A DNA stretch of 64,000 nucleotides from a virus, in IMG/VR virus record IMGVR_UViG_3300031718_000003, positions 1-64,000 of that record, one strand, 5' to 3'. A model generated the notes under the pieces. It searched no databases. It was not told the DNA's origin and saw only the letters and a program-made list of their open reading frames with translations. The position numbers and the translations under genes were made by a program. Of this stretch, positions 52,081-61,486 are shown piece after piece. Position 1 is the first letter of the stretch; each line of letters opens with the position of its first letter.

Positions 52081-52803
52081 GTGAAGGGAAGGAGGGCCGA
52101 TAAAGTGCGCAGGCGGTTCTGGAGCGATGCCGAGGTCGCTCGCTTGCGGAATCTATTCCCAACGCGGCCCACCAAAGAAGTTGCCCGGATGCTGAACCGC
52201 ACCGTGTGCGCGGTCAACGGAACAGCCCACAAGTACGGCATCGCCAAGTCCCAGGAGTTTCTCGATAGCGGGGAAAGCGGCCGCTTGCGCAAGGGCCATC
52301 ACGATGGACGGGGAAGCCGCTTTCGATTCCAGAAAGGCATCGTACCGTTCAACAAGGGTCTGCGCCGGCCACGCTGGCACACGGGGCGCATGCGCGAGAC
52401 GCAATTCAAAAAAGGCGAGCGGTCGGGAATGGCCGCCCGGAACTACCGGCCCATCGGCACGATCATGCCCGATACCCAAGGGTTCCTGCACATCAAGGTG
52501 CAAGACCACGAGGGGCGGATGGGCTGGCACCCGGAAGTCTGGCCCATGTACAACCGATATCTGTGGGAGCAGCATCACGGCCCGATCCCTCCGAAGCACC
52601 TGGTCGTGTTCAAGGACGGGAACCGCGCGCATTGCGTGATCGAGAACCTGGAGCTGATTTCAATGGCCGAGAACGCGCGGCGCAATCGGATGTGGAACAT
52701 TCTGCCACGCGAGTTGGCGGAGGTGATTCAGTTGCAGGGCGTACTGAAGAGAAAGATCGGGAGGCTGAGAGATGGCAAAGAACAAAATCAGCGACCTGCG
52801 TGA
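52081..52803 (+). CDS. HNH endonuclease with FxKG repeats
   Basis: WEQHHGPIP...VVFKDGN...IENLELIS..EN. Confidence 0.8.
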   Translation: MKGRRADKVRRRFWSDAEVARLRNLFPTRPTKEVARMLNRTVCAVNGTAHKYGIAKSQEFLDSGESGRLRKGHHDGRGSRFRFQKGIVPFNKGLRRPRWHTGRMRETQFKKGERSGMAARNYRPIGTIMPDTQGFLHIKVQDHEGRMGWHPEVWPMYNRYLWEQHHGPIPPKHLVVFKDGNRAHCVIENLELISMAENARRNRMWNILPRELAEVIQLQGVLKRKIGRLRDGKEQNQRPA

Positions 52804-53059
52804 CCACTTGTTCGAAACGATTGAAGCGCTGAAGGACAAGGACAAGCCGATGGAGCTGGAGCGCGCCCGCACCATCAGCGCGGTTGCGCAAACAATCATC
52901 AACAGCGCCAAGGTTGAAGTGGATTTATTGAAAGCGATCGATGGCACCGCTATCGGGAGCAGCGCGTCCTTCTTCGGCGTTCCCGACGATGGCCCGGACC
53001 TCCGCAGGCCGAAGCGGATCAACGGAGGGGCGAACGGGCATGAGAGGTTCGCATCATGA
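52772..53059 (+). CDS. conserved phage protein that typically follows this HNH family
   Basis: KNKISDLRDHLFETIEAL...ERARTI..VAQTIINSAKVEVD. Confidence 0.7.
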   Translation: MAKNKISDLRDHLFETIEALKDKDKPMELERARTISAVAQTIINSAKVEVDLLKAIDGTAIGSSASFFGVPDDGPDLRRPKRINGGANGHERFAS

Positions 53060-53898
53060 CCCACGAACCCAAATGCCGTATCTGTTCGTGCACCGAGGAT
53101 CACGCCTGCGCCGGTGGGTGCTCCTGGGTGCATACGCCGCTCGATCGGAAGTTAGGGCCGATCTGCAGCACGTGCATCGGATTGATGGAGAAGTTGGCGG
53201 TGTTCACCGAGGATAGCCGGAACGGGAATCTGGCCGCTGTGATCCGGGCGTACAAGGAAGTGACGGCGCGGGCGCGGGCGCGGACAGACCAGGAAAGGCG
53301 GGAGGATAAACGGCATGAATCACGTTTACGAAGTGAAGTTCGAGACACGGTACACGGGATGGGGATGGCTGGAGGATAGTGCCCGCGTTCTCGCAAATGG
53401 AAGCGCCACGAAGGCCGTTGAGATGGTTCGGCGGCACGAGATGAAAGAGTCTTTTGAGGACTTCACCAAGGGCCACAAGCGCGTTATTCGCCGCGCCATT
53501 GGTTTTAGGATGACGGGCGTCCAACAGTTGACCCATGTCGACTACTAACGGAAGTGACGCGCGAGGAGATCGCGACATTCGAGCGCGAGCTACGAAAGGC
53601 CGGCGCATGACGAAGGCAAAAAGGCAGTCACCTCTTATCAGTTTGGCACGCGCGGCACGAAATAATCCGGGCGCGGCCTTGCAATTGGCTGCGATCAAAT
53701 ACCTGAAGGCCAAGGGCTGGAATGTGATTTTGATTGGTGAGATCGAGATTCAGACCTGGGACGCCGGAGATGCAGCCAAAGGGAAACACAAGCTGGCCGT
53801 CGGTTTCCAAGGTATCGGCGCTCAATCCTCTAGGCGCAAACGGCGGATCGGTGAGGGCAGCATCCGACCGACCCCGAAGCCATGAAGGAGACGAAATA

Positions 53899-54618
53899 AT
53901 GTTCTTTCAGCGATTGCTCACTTTGGCGCTGCTGGCAACAGCAGCAAATGCGGATTCCTTGAGTTGGACCCTTGGCACAGTACTACCTGCCGGGGAGTAC
54001 CGGCTCGAGCCGTTTTCCGACCCGGCTGGTGTTTCCGTGGCAACAGCCGTAAACGGCGACGGCATCATAGTTGGGGATGTAAGTCCTTTATGGGGTGGGC
54101 CGCCTGTCTATGGCGTAATATGGGCGCCTACCGAGGACTTTCAGGGGGATGTGTACCCTGAATTTGTGTTTCCCCCCTATGCAGACGGAGACTCGGGCAC
54201 GCAAGCGCTGGATATTACCGATAGCGGGCTCGTTCTATTCTCGTACGACCTGTCCAATTCAGGGCGGCCTGGAGGGTACGATATCTATGACATGAACACG
54301 GGCACGTGGTCCCTGCCCGGAGATAGCCCCGCAGACCTCGGCTGGGACCACACGCCGAGCCTCACCAATGACAAGGGCTGGAAAATTGAGTACGGGACGA
54401 TTTATGACCTACCGGAAGTAGGCCACCCGGTTATCGGCGATCAAGCGTTTCTTGTCGAGACGCCGGAGCCAGGAGGATTGTGGTTGATACTGCCGCTAGC
54501 TATGCTCCTTGTCGTTGCGCTTAACCGTTCTTCCGTGAAGGGTCGCGCACCAAGCGAAGAGGAGATTGCCGCCAACAAAGCGGCTGAGGAAGAGTGGAAT
54601 CAGATGGGAGGCATTTGA
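53899..54618 (+). CDS. secreted protein with PEP-CTERM-like sorting signal
   Basis: Signal peptide ...AANADS; TPEPGGLWL + TM; RBS AAGGAG. Confidence 0.6.
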   Translation: MFFQRLLTLALLATAANADSLSWTLGTVLPAGEYRLEPFSDPAGVSVATAVNGDGIIVGDVSPLWGGPPVYGVIWAPTEDFQGDVYPEFVFPPYADGDSGTQALDITDSGLVLFSYDLSNSGRPGGYDIYDMNTGTWSLPGDSPADLGWDHTPSLTNDKGWKIEYGTIYDLPEVGHPVIGDQAFLVETPEPGGLWLILPLAMLLVVALNRSSVKGRAPSEEEIAANKAAEEEWNQMGGI

Positions 54619-54669
54619 CCCTGATGACGGTGGACGAGGATTCAGAGGGGAATTATATAGATAATTCCC

Positions 54670-56469
54670 GTGACTGACCTAATGCTAAAGATCTCAGACG
54701 ATCTCTCTTTGCCAAGAAATGCTGTAACCGAAAAACTGGCATGGATCGGAAGGACTGGTTCTGGGAAAACCTATGGAGCCACGAAAGCGGCTGAGCAGAT
54801 GCTCGCTGCTGACGCTCAAGTCGTTACTCTCGATCCTGTTGGAGTGTGGTACGGATTGCGTCTGGCTGCGGATGGTAAATCTCCAGGGCTGACATTGCCA
54901 GTATTCGGCGGCCTCCATGGAGACATTCCGCTTGAGCCCGGAGTTGGTGCGATGATGGCCGATTTAATCGTAGATCGTGGTCTATCTGCTGTTCTGGATG
55001 TGAGCCAGTTTGAACACGACACCGAGAAGGCGCGATTCGCCGGCGACTTCGCTAGCCGCTTCTTCTTCAGGAAAAAGGCGCGGCCATCTGCCGTTCATAT
55101 CTTCATTGAGGAAGCGCAGGAATTTTGCCCGGAAGAGCCGCGACGAGGAGAAGAGAACATGGTGCATGCGTTCACCCGCATGTGGAAACTCGGGCGTAAC
55201 TTTGGCATTGGCGGCTCCCTAATTACGCAGAGGCCGCAGGAAGTTAGTAAGAAGGTGCTGAACCTGGCGGAATGTGTTTTTGCTTTTCAGTTAACGGGTC
55301 CCCATGAGCGTAAGGCACTAGAAAAGTGGATAGCGGAAAGAGGCATCGACGAGGATATCGGGGCGATTCTGCCGAAACTCACGGTCGGGCAAGTTCGCGT
55401 CTGGAGCCCTGCATGGCTAAAGATATCGAAGACGATACAGATTTTACCCAAATCTACGTTCGACGCATCGAGCACTCCGGGAGTCGGCAAGCGTGCGGCC
55501 GTACGAGAACTCGCACCGATCGATCTTGAAAGATTGCGCGTCGATATGGCCGCGACCATCGAAAAAGCCAAGGCTGAAGACCCGCGTGAGCTGCAACGCC
55601 AGGTCCGCGAGCTGAAAGCGAAGATCGCGCAGATGGATAAGGCCGCACCGGTTACGAAAGGCGGCGCGCCGGCAGACGCGGAACAGTTAAAGCGCGAATT
55701 CGACCGTGGGGCGAATTCAGTGAAGGGCCTCCTGGCTAAGGAGCTGCGCGCCTGCTCGAAGACCGCTGCAGCCATCCAGCCCGCAACGCTTGCCGCACTG
55801 CGCGACATGGCGGCAGCGGCGGCACGGGCCATAACACATGTCGAGCAAGTCCAGATGCCATCCATGCCGAGCCTCGAAGGTGTCATCGAGCAAGCGAAGG
55901 CAACACGCTCGCCAGCGGTTCTCCCGGTGCGCACAAAAGTTCCCGTGGAGCGCACGAAAATGGCCGCCGCGAACGGAGAGGCATCCAAAATCGGCAATAC
56001 CGGTCTTCGGCGCATGCTGATCGCTCTCGCGCAGCGCCGTAACGGGATCTCCACCAAGCAGCTTGGGGTGCGAGCGGGGATCTCTAGTAAAAGCGGAACC
56101 TTCGGGACATACCTCGGGCGTGGAAGGGCCAATGGCTGGATCGCGGGAGAACGCGGGCAGTTGAAAATAACCGAGGCGGGAGTTGCGGCGCTGGGAAATT
56201 ACGAGCCGCTTCCGGAGGGTAGGGAACTGCTGGAATATTGGCTGAACGAATTAGGGGATAGCGGGGCCGGGCGCATGCTTAGCGCGCTCGCTGAACGCTA
56301 CCCGCAGGGTTTTACGGCGGAGGAGCTGGGGAAACAAGCGGATATCAGTTCTGCGAGTGGCACGTTTGGGACGTACCTGGGGAGATTGCGGTCGTTGGAG
56401 CTGATTAGTGGGTCGAGGAGTGAGTTGAAAGCTAGTGATGAGTTTTGCCTATGGCTTCGGGGTCGGTAG
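54670..56469 (+). CDS. HerA/DUF87-like P-loop ATPase with two C-terminal wHTH-like repeats
   Basis: GRTGSGKT, IFIEEAQEF, GRNFGIG..LITQRP; duplicated SGTFGTYLGR. Confidence 0.8.
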   Translation: MTDLMLKISDDLSLPRNAVTEKLAWIGRTGSGKTYGATKAAEQMLAADAQVVTLDPVGVWYGLRLAADGKSPGLTLPVFGGLHGDIPLEPGVGAMMADLIVDRGLSAVLDVSQFEHDTEKARFAGDFASRFFFRKKARPSAVHIFIEEAQEFCPEEPRRGEENMVHAFTRMWKLGRNFGIGGSLITQRPQEVSKKVLNLAECVFAFQLTGPHERKALEKWIAERGIDEDIGAILPKLTVGQVRVWSPAWLKISKTIQILPKSTFDASSTPGVGKRAAVRELAPIDLERLRVDMAATIEKAKAEDPRELQRQVRELKAKIAQMDKAAPVTKGGAPADAEQLKREFDRGANSVKGLLAKELRACSKTAAAIQPATLAALRDMAAAAARAITHVEQVQMPSMPSLEGVIEQAKATRSPAVLPVRTKVPVERTKMAAANGEASKIGNTGLRRMLIALAQRRNGISTKQLGVRAGISSKSGTFGTYLGRGRANGWIAGERGQLKITEAGVAALGNYEPLPEGRELLEYWLNELGDSGAGRMLSALAERYPQGFTAEELGKQADISSASGTFGTYLGRLRSLELISGSRSELKASDEFCLWLRGR

Positions 56470-56552
56470 TCCGCTCTATCAGCGGGCGTTCGTTTGCGCC
56501 TGATCCCTCGACCACAGGAGCGCAACAGTTAAAATGAGGGAGATTAGTAAAA

Positions 56553-58289
56553 ATGGCCGTGGAAACGAAAACTTATATCGCTTATACTTACGGCTGCCCC
56601 CAGCCCAATCACCAGGTATTTAATTATGCCTTGGCCGAGATGCGCCGCCGCAACGATCTCTGGAACAAACTAGTCGAAATAGATCGCCGATTTCGCCTAG
56701 CTTCCTGGAATATCTATGCGGATGTCCCCGAACAGAAAATCGCCGATGAGTTGGCGGGCGTGATCAGGGCGTGGCGCGAAGAACTCAAGGGCCGCCGGCA
56801 AAAGGCGCGCCGCCGCGTGGATGCCACGGATCTCGTGGAAAAGATCAAAACTGCGAAGATGGAATTACGAGTCGCCTCTAAAACCGCTAGAATTGCCCGC
56901 CGTGCGGCCATCGAACGAAACCGGGCGGCGCTGAAGACCCTGGACGAATTACGCCGGTCCGAAGTCAATAAGGCGTGTCTTGCGAGCAATCTCTACTGGT
57001 GTAACTGGGATGAAGTGCTCGCAAAATACGAAGTAGCGCGAGTTCGCGCCATGAAGGCCGGGGTACTGCTACGTTTTCATGCATGGAGCGGCGTTGGAAA
57101 ACTCACTGTGCGGTTCCAAAAAGGGCTCGCTTCCGATCTGGTGTTTGGTGGGGATACGAGATTGCAAATCGATCCCGTCAACAGTGACGCCTGGAATTCC
57201 CCGGCGCGCAGTGTCCGCGGAAAAAGTATGTATACAAAAATTCGTATACGCATGGGATCACACAATCGCAAACCTGTATGGTTCGAAGCGCCCATGGCGA
57301 TGCACCGCCCGTTGCCGGAGAGAAGCGTGATCCGCACCGCCGCGATCGCCTCCGAGCAGATCGGAGGCGTTTTGCGCTGGCACGTCATCCTAACGCTTGA
57401 ACTGCCATCTGCGCGTCAGGCGAGGATCGGTCCGGCGGTAGGTGTAGATATCGGATGGCGCTTACTGCCTGGAAGGCTGCGGGTCGCATACTGGGTCGAT
57501 GAATATGGCGGCAAAGGCGAAATCGCGCTCTCCGACTCCATTGTCTCGCAATTCGCAAAAGTACGGGATCTTGATGCAATCTTGGGAAATCATTTCGAAC
57601 TCGCAAAGGTAAAACTTGGTGCGTGGCGCGCGGGGTATTTCGAACCGCTGCCGGAATGGCTCAATCTCACCCGTATGGATCAGTGGAGAGATCAGCGCCG
57701 GTTCTATGAGCTTTGGACACTCTGGAAGGATTCCCGATTTGCTGGCGACACTTATGGATTCGATACCGTATCCGAGTTTGCCGAGCGCTACGCTCATTTG
57801 CGGAACTGGCGCGAGAACTTACAGGATCAGGTCATCGCCCGCAGGAAGGACACGTACCGGAAAGCCGTATGCGATCTGCTCCGGAACCACGGGGACGTGT
57901 TTCTTGAGAAATTCGATCTTCGCAACATCGCTGAAACACCGGACCCGGAGACGAGTCCCACAGTAGTAGTAATGGATTCGGCTCGCCGCCGCGTGATTGC
58001 CGCGCCTGCGAGTTTGCGTGAGATGCTGGTCCATAAGGGCCAGTGGATGGAGGTTCCAGCACCGGGGACCACGCAGGAATGCGCCTGGTGCGGTTATGCC
58101 GCTGCCTGGGATGCGGCCCCAAGCATACTGCATCGTTGTGGAGGATGCGGAAAGCTCTGGGATCAGGATGAGAATGCAGCAGTCAACATCCTGCGGCGTG
58201 GTTTAGCGCAGATTGGGAGGGATTGGAAGCCGGAATTCGATCCGCGAAAAGCGGACGGGATGGAAGTGGCCGAAACCGTTGCGGGTTAA
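56553..58289 (+). CDS. cas12m: type V CRISPR effector, Cas12m (V-U1)-like
   Basis: 578 aa; LYWCNW...LRFHAWSGVGKLTVRFQ and MHRPLP resemble Cas12m; RuvC VGVDIGWR / VFLEKFD / WDQDENAAVNI; Zn finger; array begins 14 bp downstream. Confidence 0.8.
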   Translation: MAVETKTYIAYTYGCPQPNHQVFNYALAEMRRRNDLWNKLVEIDRRFRLASWNIYADVPEQKIADELAGVIRAWREELKGRRQKARRRVDATDLVEKIKTAKMELRVASKTARIARRAAIERNRAALKTLDELRRSEVNKACLASNLYWCNWDEVLAKYEVARVRAMKAGVLLRFHAWSGVGKLTVRFQKGLASDLVFGGDTRLQIDPVNSDAWNSPARSVRGKSMYTKIRIRMGSHNRKPVWFEAPMAMHRPLPERSVIRTAAIASEQIGGVLRWHVILTLELPSARQARIGPAVGVDIGWRLLPGRLRVAYWVDEYGGKGEIALSDSIVSQFAKVRDLDAILGNHFELAKVKLGAWRAGYFEPLPEWLNLTRMDQWRDQRRFYELWTLWKDSRFAGDTYGFDTVSEFAERYAHLRNWRENLQDQVIARRKDTYRKAVCDLLRNHGDVFLEKFDLRNIAETPDPETSPTVVVMDSARRRVIAAPASLREMLVHKGQWMEVPAPGTTQECAWCGYAAAWDAAPSILHRCGGCGKLWDQDENAAVNILRRGLAQIGRDWKPEFDPRKADGMEVAETVAG

Positions 58290-58647
58290 CGATTTGCGGA
58301 GCCGTTGCAATACCCAGCTCACGGGCGAAGGAAGTGAGACAATCAGTCCGGTTGGTCCCGATTCAGTCCCGATTCAGGGTTGCAATACCCAGCTCACGGG
58401 CGAAGGAAGTGAGACGATAGACACGGCAGCATCGAAAACGACACTAAATATGTTGCAATACCCAGCTCACGGGCGAAGGGGTAGTGGGGTCTTTTGAATT
58501 TCCACCGTCTTGATTTTCAGTCATGCTGGAATTGTGATTCCTCCGGCGTTTCCTCACTTGCTGCCTCGCTTTCCCGGCGTCCCGTGGCGCTATCCGCGAC
58601 CGCTCCCGCAGGTATATCCTTGGAAGGCTCCAAGGAGAGCAAGAGCC

Positions 58648-59451
58648 ATGACGATAGCGGTCGGGGTCCTGGCAGGTGATGGGGTGGTGTTAGCAGCGGA
58701 CACGGAGTACACGTGGGGCTATCTCAAAACGAGCGGAGAAAAGATATGGACCGCTGAAGGCCACGGAGCCTTGGCCATTGCGGGCGCTGGCAATGGTGCG
58801 TACTTGTCCGCAATCGCTCAGCAGATGATTGATGCGTTTAAAGCTGCGCCGAAGACGATCTCCGTCGAGCGCCTTTACGAGAAATTCTCAGAAATCCTGA
58901 CAGACTTTCATAGCAAGCATGTCATAAGGTTCGCGCATCTCGGCAGTTCGGTCGCTATTTCGCTGCTAGTCGCGCTCCAACGAGGCAAGGAGGCGTATCT
59001 TTGGGCAAGTGAAAACGATTCCCTGGAGAGATGCGGACCCTATGCGTCCATTGGTTTGGGCTGCGAATACGCCAATGCCCTTTTGGGTGAGATGTTCGCG
59101 GGTACGGCGGTGTCTTGGAAGGCGAGCGTTCCGTTGGCTGAACGCATCGCGGCCTATGCGGTGTTTGAGACGAAAAACAACGTACGGGAGTGCGGAAAAA
59201 AAACCTCTCTCGTCGCCATCCAGAAGGGGCACATTGTGGAAACGAGCGCACAGAAGATGCTGCTCATTAATTCGCACCTCAATGCGTTTTCTGAGATCCG
59301 GATCTTGGGGACGAAATATGCTCTTGGGTTCCCATACCCCGACGCGACAAGTGCGTCAGAAAAACTCATGGCCTACTTGGGCGGATTGCGGCAAGACGTG
59401 CTCGCGATTGAAGGCCAAACCTTCGAAGGAAAAGGGCGGAGTCTTGAATAA
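58648..59451 (+). CDS. proteasome beta-like Ntn-hydrolase passenger
   Basis: M-TIAVG...GVVLAADTE...KI...AGAG...YASIGLG; Thr1 after Met; RBS AAGGAG. Confidence 0.65.
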   Translation: MTIAVGVLAGDGVVLAADTEYTWGYLKTSGEKIWTAEGHGALAIAGAGNGAYLSAIAQQMIDAFKAAPKTISVERLYEKFSEILTDFHSKHVIRFAHLGSSVAISLLVALQRGKEAYLWASENDSLERCGPYASIGLGCEYANALLGEMFAGTAVSWKASVPLAERIAAYAVFETKNNVRECGKKTSLVAIQKGHIVETSAQKMLLINSHLNAFSEIRILGTKYALGFPYPDATSASEKLMAYLGGLRQDVLAIEGQTFEGKGRSLE

Positions 59452-59456
59452 CCTCT

Positions 59457-60305
59457 CTAGGCGACACGGCTCAGTTCTCTCGTCTCGGACAACGCGACGA
59501 TCTCTTCGAACGACCACACATGATCCGCGATCCCGGCTGCCATTGCTGGCGTAACTCGTAGCGTCTGATGGATGCGCGCGAAGTTGTAATACATGTAGTG
59601 GAGGGCCACGGCTGCCTCGTGGTTCTCGATCTTCTTTGAAAAGCCGTTCGTCAACCGAGTGAAGCGGCGCATGGACATCCGCATTGTGAGATTCTGGCGT
59701 TCCACATAGCTCGTGCTGATATGCCTTGGTTCGGGATCGCCGAGTCGGATGATCTTCTCGGCGCCGGTGCAAACCGCAGGGCTGTACCGCTTTTGCGGCT
59801 CGGGTTCGTTGCCGAAGTATTTCACGAGCTGCGCGTAATCCACTTCGTCGGCGAAAGCATCAATCACGGCGTTGAGGTAAACTTTGTGGCCGTCCGTGGT
59901 AAGTTGGACACGATGGGCGAGTTTGCGTTCCAGAGCGGCGATGAATTCCGTGGCGCTGCCAGCTCCCCTATCGCCCACGAGCCAGCATGGAACAAGCTTG
60001 GTATCCGCGTCGATTGCGACCCAGACCCAAGCGTCGCCTACGACGCGCTCTTCGGCCATCTTCGTGGTGACGTTCTTCTGCTTGCAGCCGATATAGCTCC
60101 AGATCTCGTCACATTGAATACGTCGGCATTTCAGGTTGCGGAAGACGCGGTCCTGATAGCGGTAGCAGGCGATCCCGACCTCAACGAGGAGACGCGTCAC
60201 CGGGCGCTTCTCGTGGCCCGTCATGCGGCAGATGGAACGGATGGAATTTCCTTCGACGAGTGCGGCAATGATTCGGGCGCGTTCTCCGATGCTCAGCCTG
60301 TTCAT
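59457..60305 (-). CDS. IS1-family transposase
   Basis: HTH GNSIRSI.R, IQCDEIWSYIG.K, TTDG...Y, STSYVERQNLTMRMSMRRFTRLTNGFSKK. Confidence 0.93.
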   Translation of the reverse strand: MNRLSIGERARIIAALVEGNSIRSICRMTGHEKRPVTRLLVEVGIACYRYQDRVFRNLKCRRIQCDEIWSYIGCKQKNVTTKMAEERVVGDAWVWVAIDADTKLVPCWLVGDRGAGSATEFIAALERKLAHRVQLTTDGHKVYLNAVIDAFADEVDYAQLVKYFGNEPEPQKRYSPAVCTGAEKIIRLGDPEPRHISTSYVERQNLTMRMSMRRFTRLTNGFSKKIENHEAAVALHYMYYNFARIHQTLRVTPAMAAGIADHVWSFEEIVALSETRELSRVA

Positions 60306-60346
60306 AGGTCTATTATGCGCTAGCGCTCGCGCATAGTCAAGGGGAA

Positions 60347-60820
60347 ATGACGATGGCTAACTGGATAGATGAGTTATGCGAGGAGATTCTCCGGGATGGC
60401 CGCCACAAAAGCGTGGCGGAGGAATTGCGATTACACCGCGCCGGGGTACTGGAGCAGGAGGGCCGGTTTTTCTTTGAAGAGCTGAGGCGAGAGGTTAAAG
60501 ACGGGCTGCCGACCATAGGCACGCGCCTGGGCCTATCCCCAGCGGACCTCCGATTCGAGGGAAAGGACGATTTCTTCCAGATAACAAACCATTCTCACTA
60601 CCCAGTGGTCACCGTCAAGGCCGAATACATGCTGAAGCGGGTTTTGCTCAATATCAAGAGGAAGCAGGCTGATGTCCGCACTCCAGCGGAAGAGACGCGG
60701 GATTCTATCGATTTTTGTGTCAAGGCTGACGATGAGCTTTACTTCTGCCACAAAGGAACGACACTCCCGGGAATTGATGAGGCGGTAAAATTGGTATTCA
60801 GGCCGCTATTTTCCACCTGA
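60347..60820 (+). CDS. IS1 passenger, hypothetical
   Basis: Divergent from the transposase. Confidence 0.55.
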   Translation: MTMANWIDELCEEILRDGRHKSVAEELRLHRAGVLEQEGRFFFEELRREVKDGLPTIGTRLGLSPADLRFEGKDDFFQITNHSHYPVVTVKAEYMLKRVLLNIKRKQADVRTPAEETRDSIDFCVKADDELYFCHKGTTLPGIDEAVKLVFRPLFST

Positions 60821-60839
60821 TCCTTCAGTGCCCGTTAGC

Positions 60840-61229
60840 CTATTCGCCGGGCTGTTTGGCTGCTTGTAGCGCTTTGCGCCGGGCCGCCGCCGATACACTA
60901 TCGATCTCAGACTGAGGCGCGCCATTAGCTTTCAACGCAACGATCCGCAAGGCCTCCGGCACAGGAATCGCAAGATTCTCGGGTTCCTGATAGAACCGGT
61001 CTACGGCTTTTACTAGCTCAACCATGCTGAGCGGTTCTGGAATGTACGGGCGTGACGGAGAACGAGCTGCCCGTAACCCATCCAGAAAACCGACTAGGTA
61101 ATTCCCCTTGTCCATGAAAACCTGCCAGTGCCGCCCGTTGCACATGCCATTCGTAAAGGGCGGAATGGCTGGCTTTTCCTGAGCTACAGAGAGCAGAGTT
61201 AACGCAAGCAGAATCAAGGCAGGTTTCAT
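60840..61229 (-). CDS. IS1 passenger, secreted small protein
   Basis: Signal peptide; NG..W...YL.GF.DG...VDRFYQ.PEN..IP. Confidence 0.6.
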   Translation of the reverse strand: MKPALILLALTLLSVAQEKPAIPPFTNGMCNGRHWQVFMDKGNYLVGFLDGLRAARSPSRPYIPEPLSMVELVKAVDRFYQEPENLAIPVPEALRIVALKANGAPQSEIDSVSAAARRKALQAAKQPGE

Positions 61230-61486
61230 CGGGGATCTTTACCCGTTTTTCCCCACCGCGCCTGCGCAGCTCGCTTGGCCGAAGCCTTGCGCTGCGCTGG
61301 GCTGAGCCTTGCGTTCAAGGTGGCCGCGCCCTTTAGCCCGCCACGCCGCCCCATTTCGCGCATGATCTGAGAGACGGTGGAGCGGTCATCGAGATCTACG
61401 GGCAGTTCGGAGCCGGTGCTCTTAGCTACGATGGATGCAGCAAACTGATTGATGTCCTGCGATTTTGTCCGCGTGCGCTTGGGCAT
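61226..61486 (-). CDS. IS1 passenger, KGG-type basic protein
   Basis: DINQFA..IV...MGRRGGLKG...LSP.QR...AKRAAQARW; TTGACG-17-CATACT promoter inside the TIR end. Confidence 0.65.
   Translation of the reverse strand: MPKRTRTKSQDINQFAASIVAKSTGSELPVDLDDRSTVSQIMREMGRRGGLKGAATLNARLSPAQRKASAKRAAQARWGKTGKDPR

Noticed and set aside
53888-53900. 12/13 match of the spacer after repeat 12 to the RBS of the PEP-CTERM gene
   Set aside because: Too short to distinguish from chance
57659-57669. 11-nt match of the spacer after repeat 9 (GCTCAATCTCA) inside cas12m, flank GAATG
   Set aside because: An 11-mer hit among 18 spacers in 64 kb is expected by chance, although the flank resembles the terS flank GAACG
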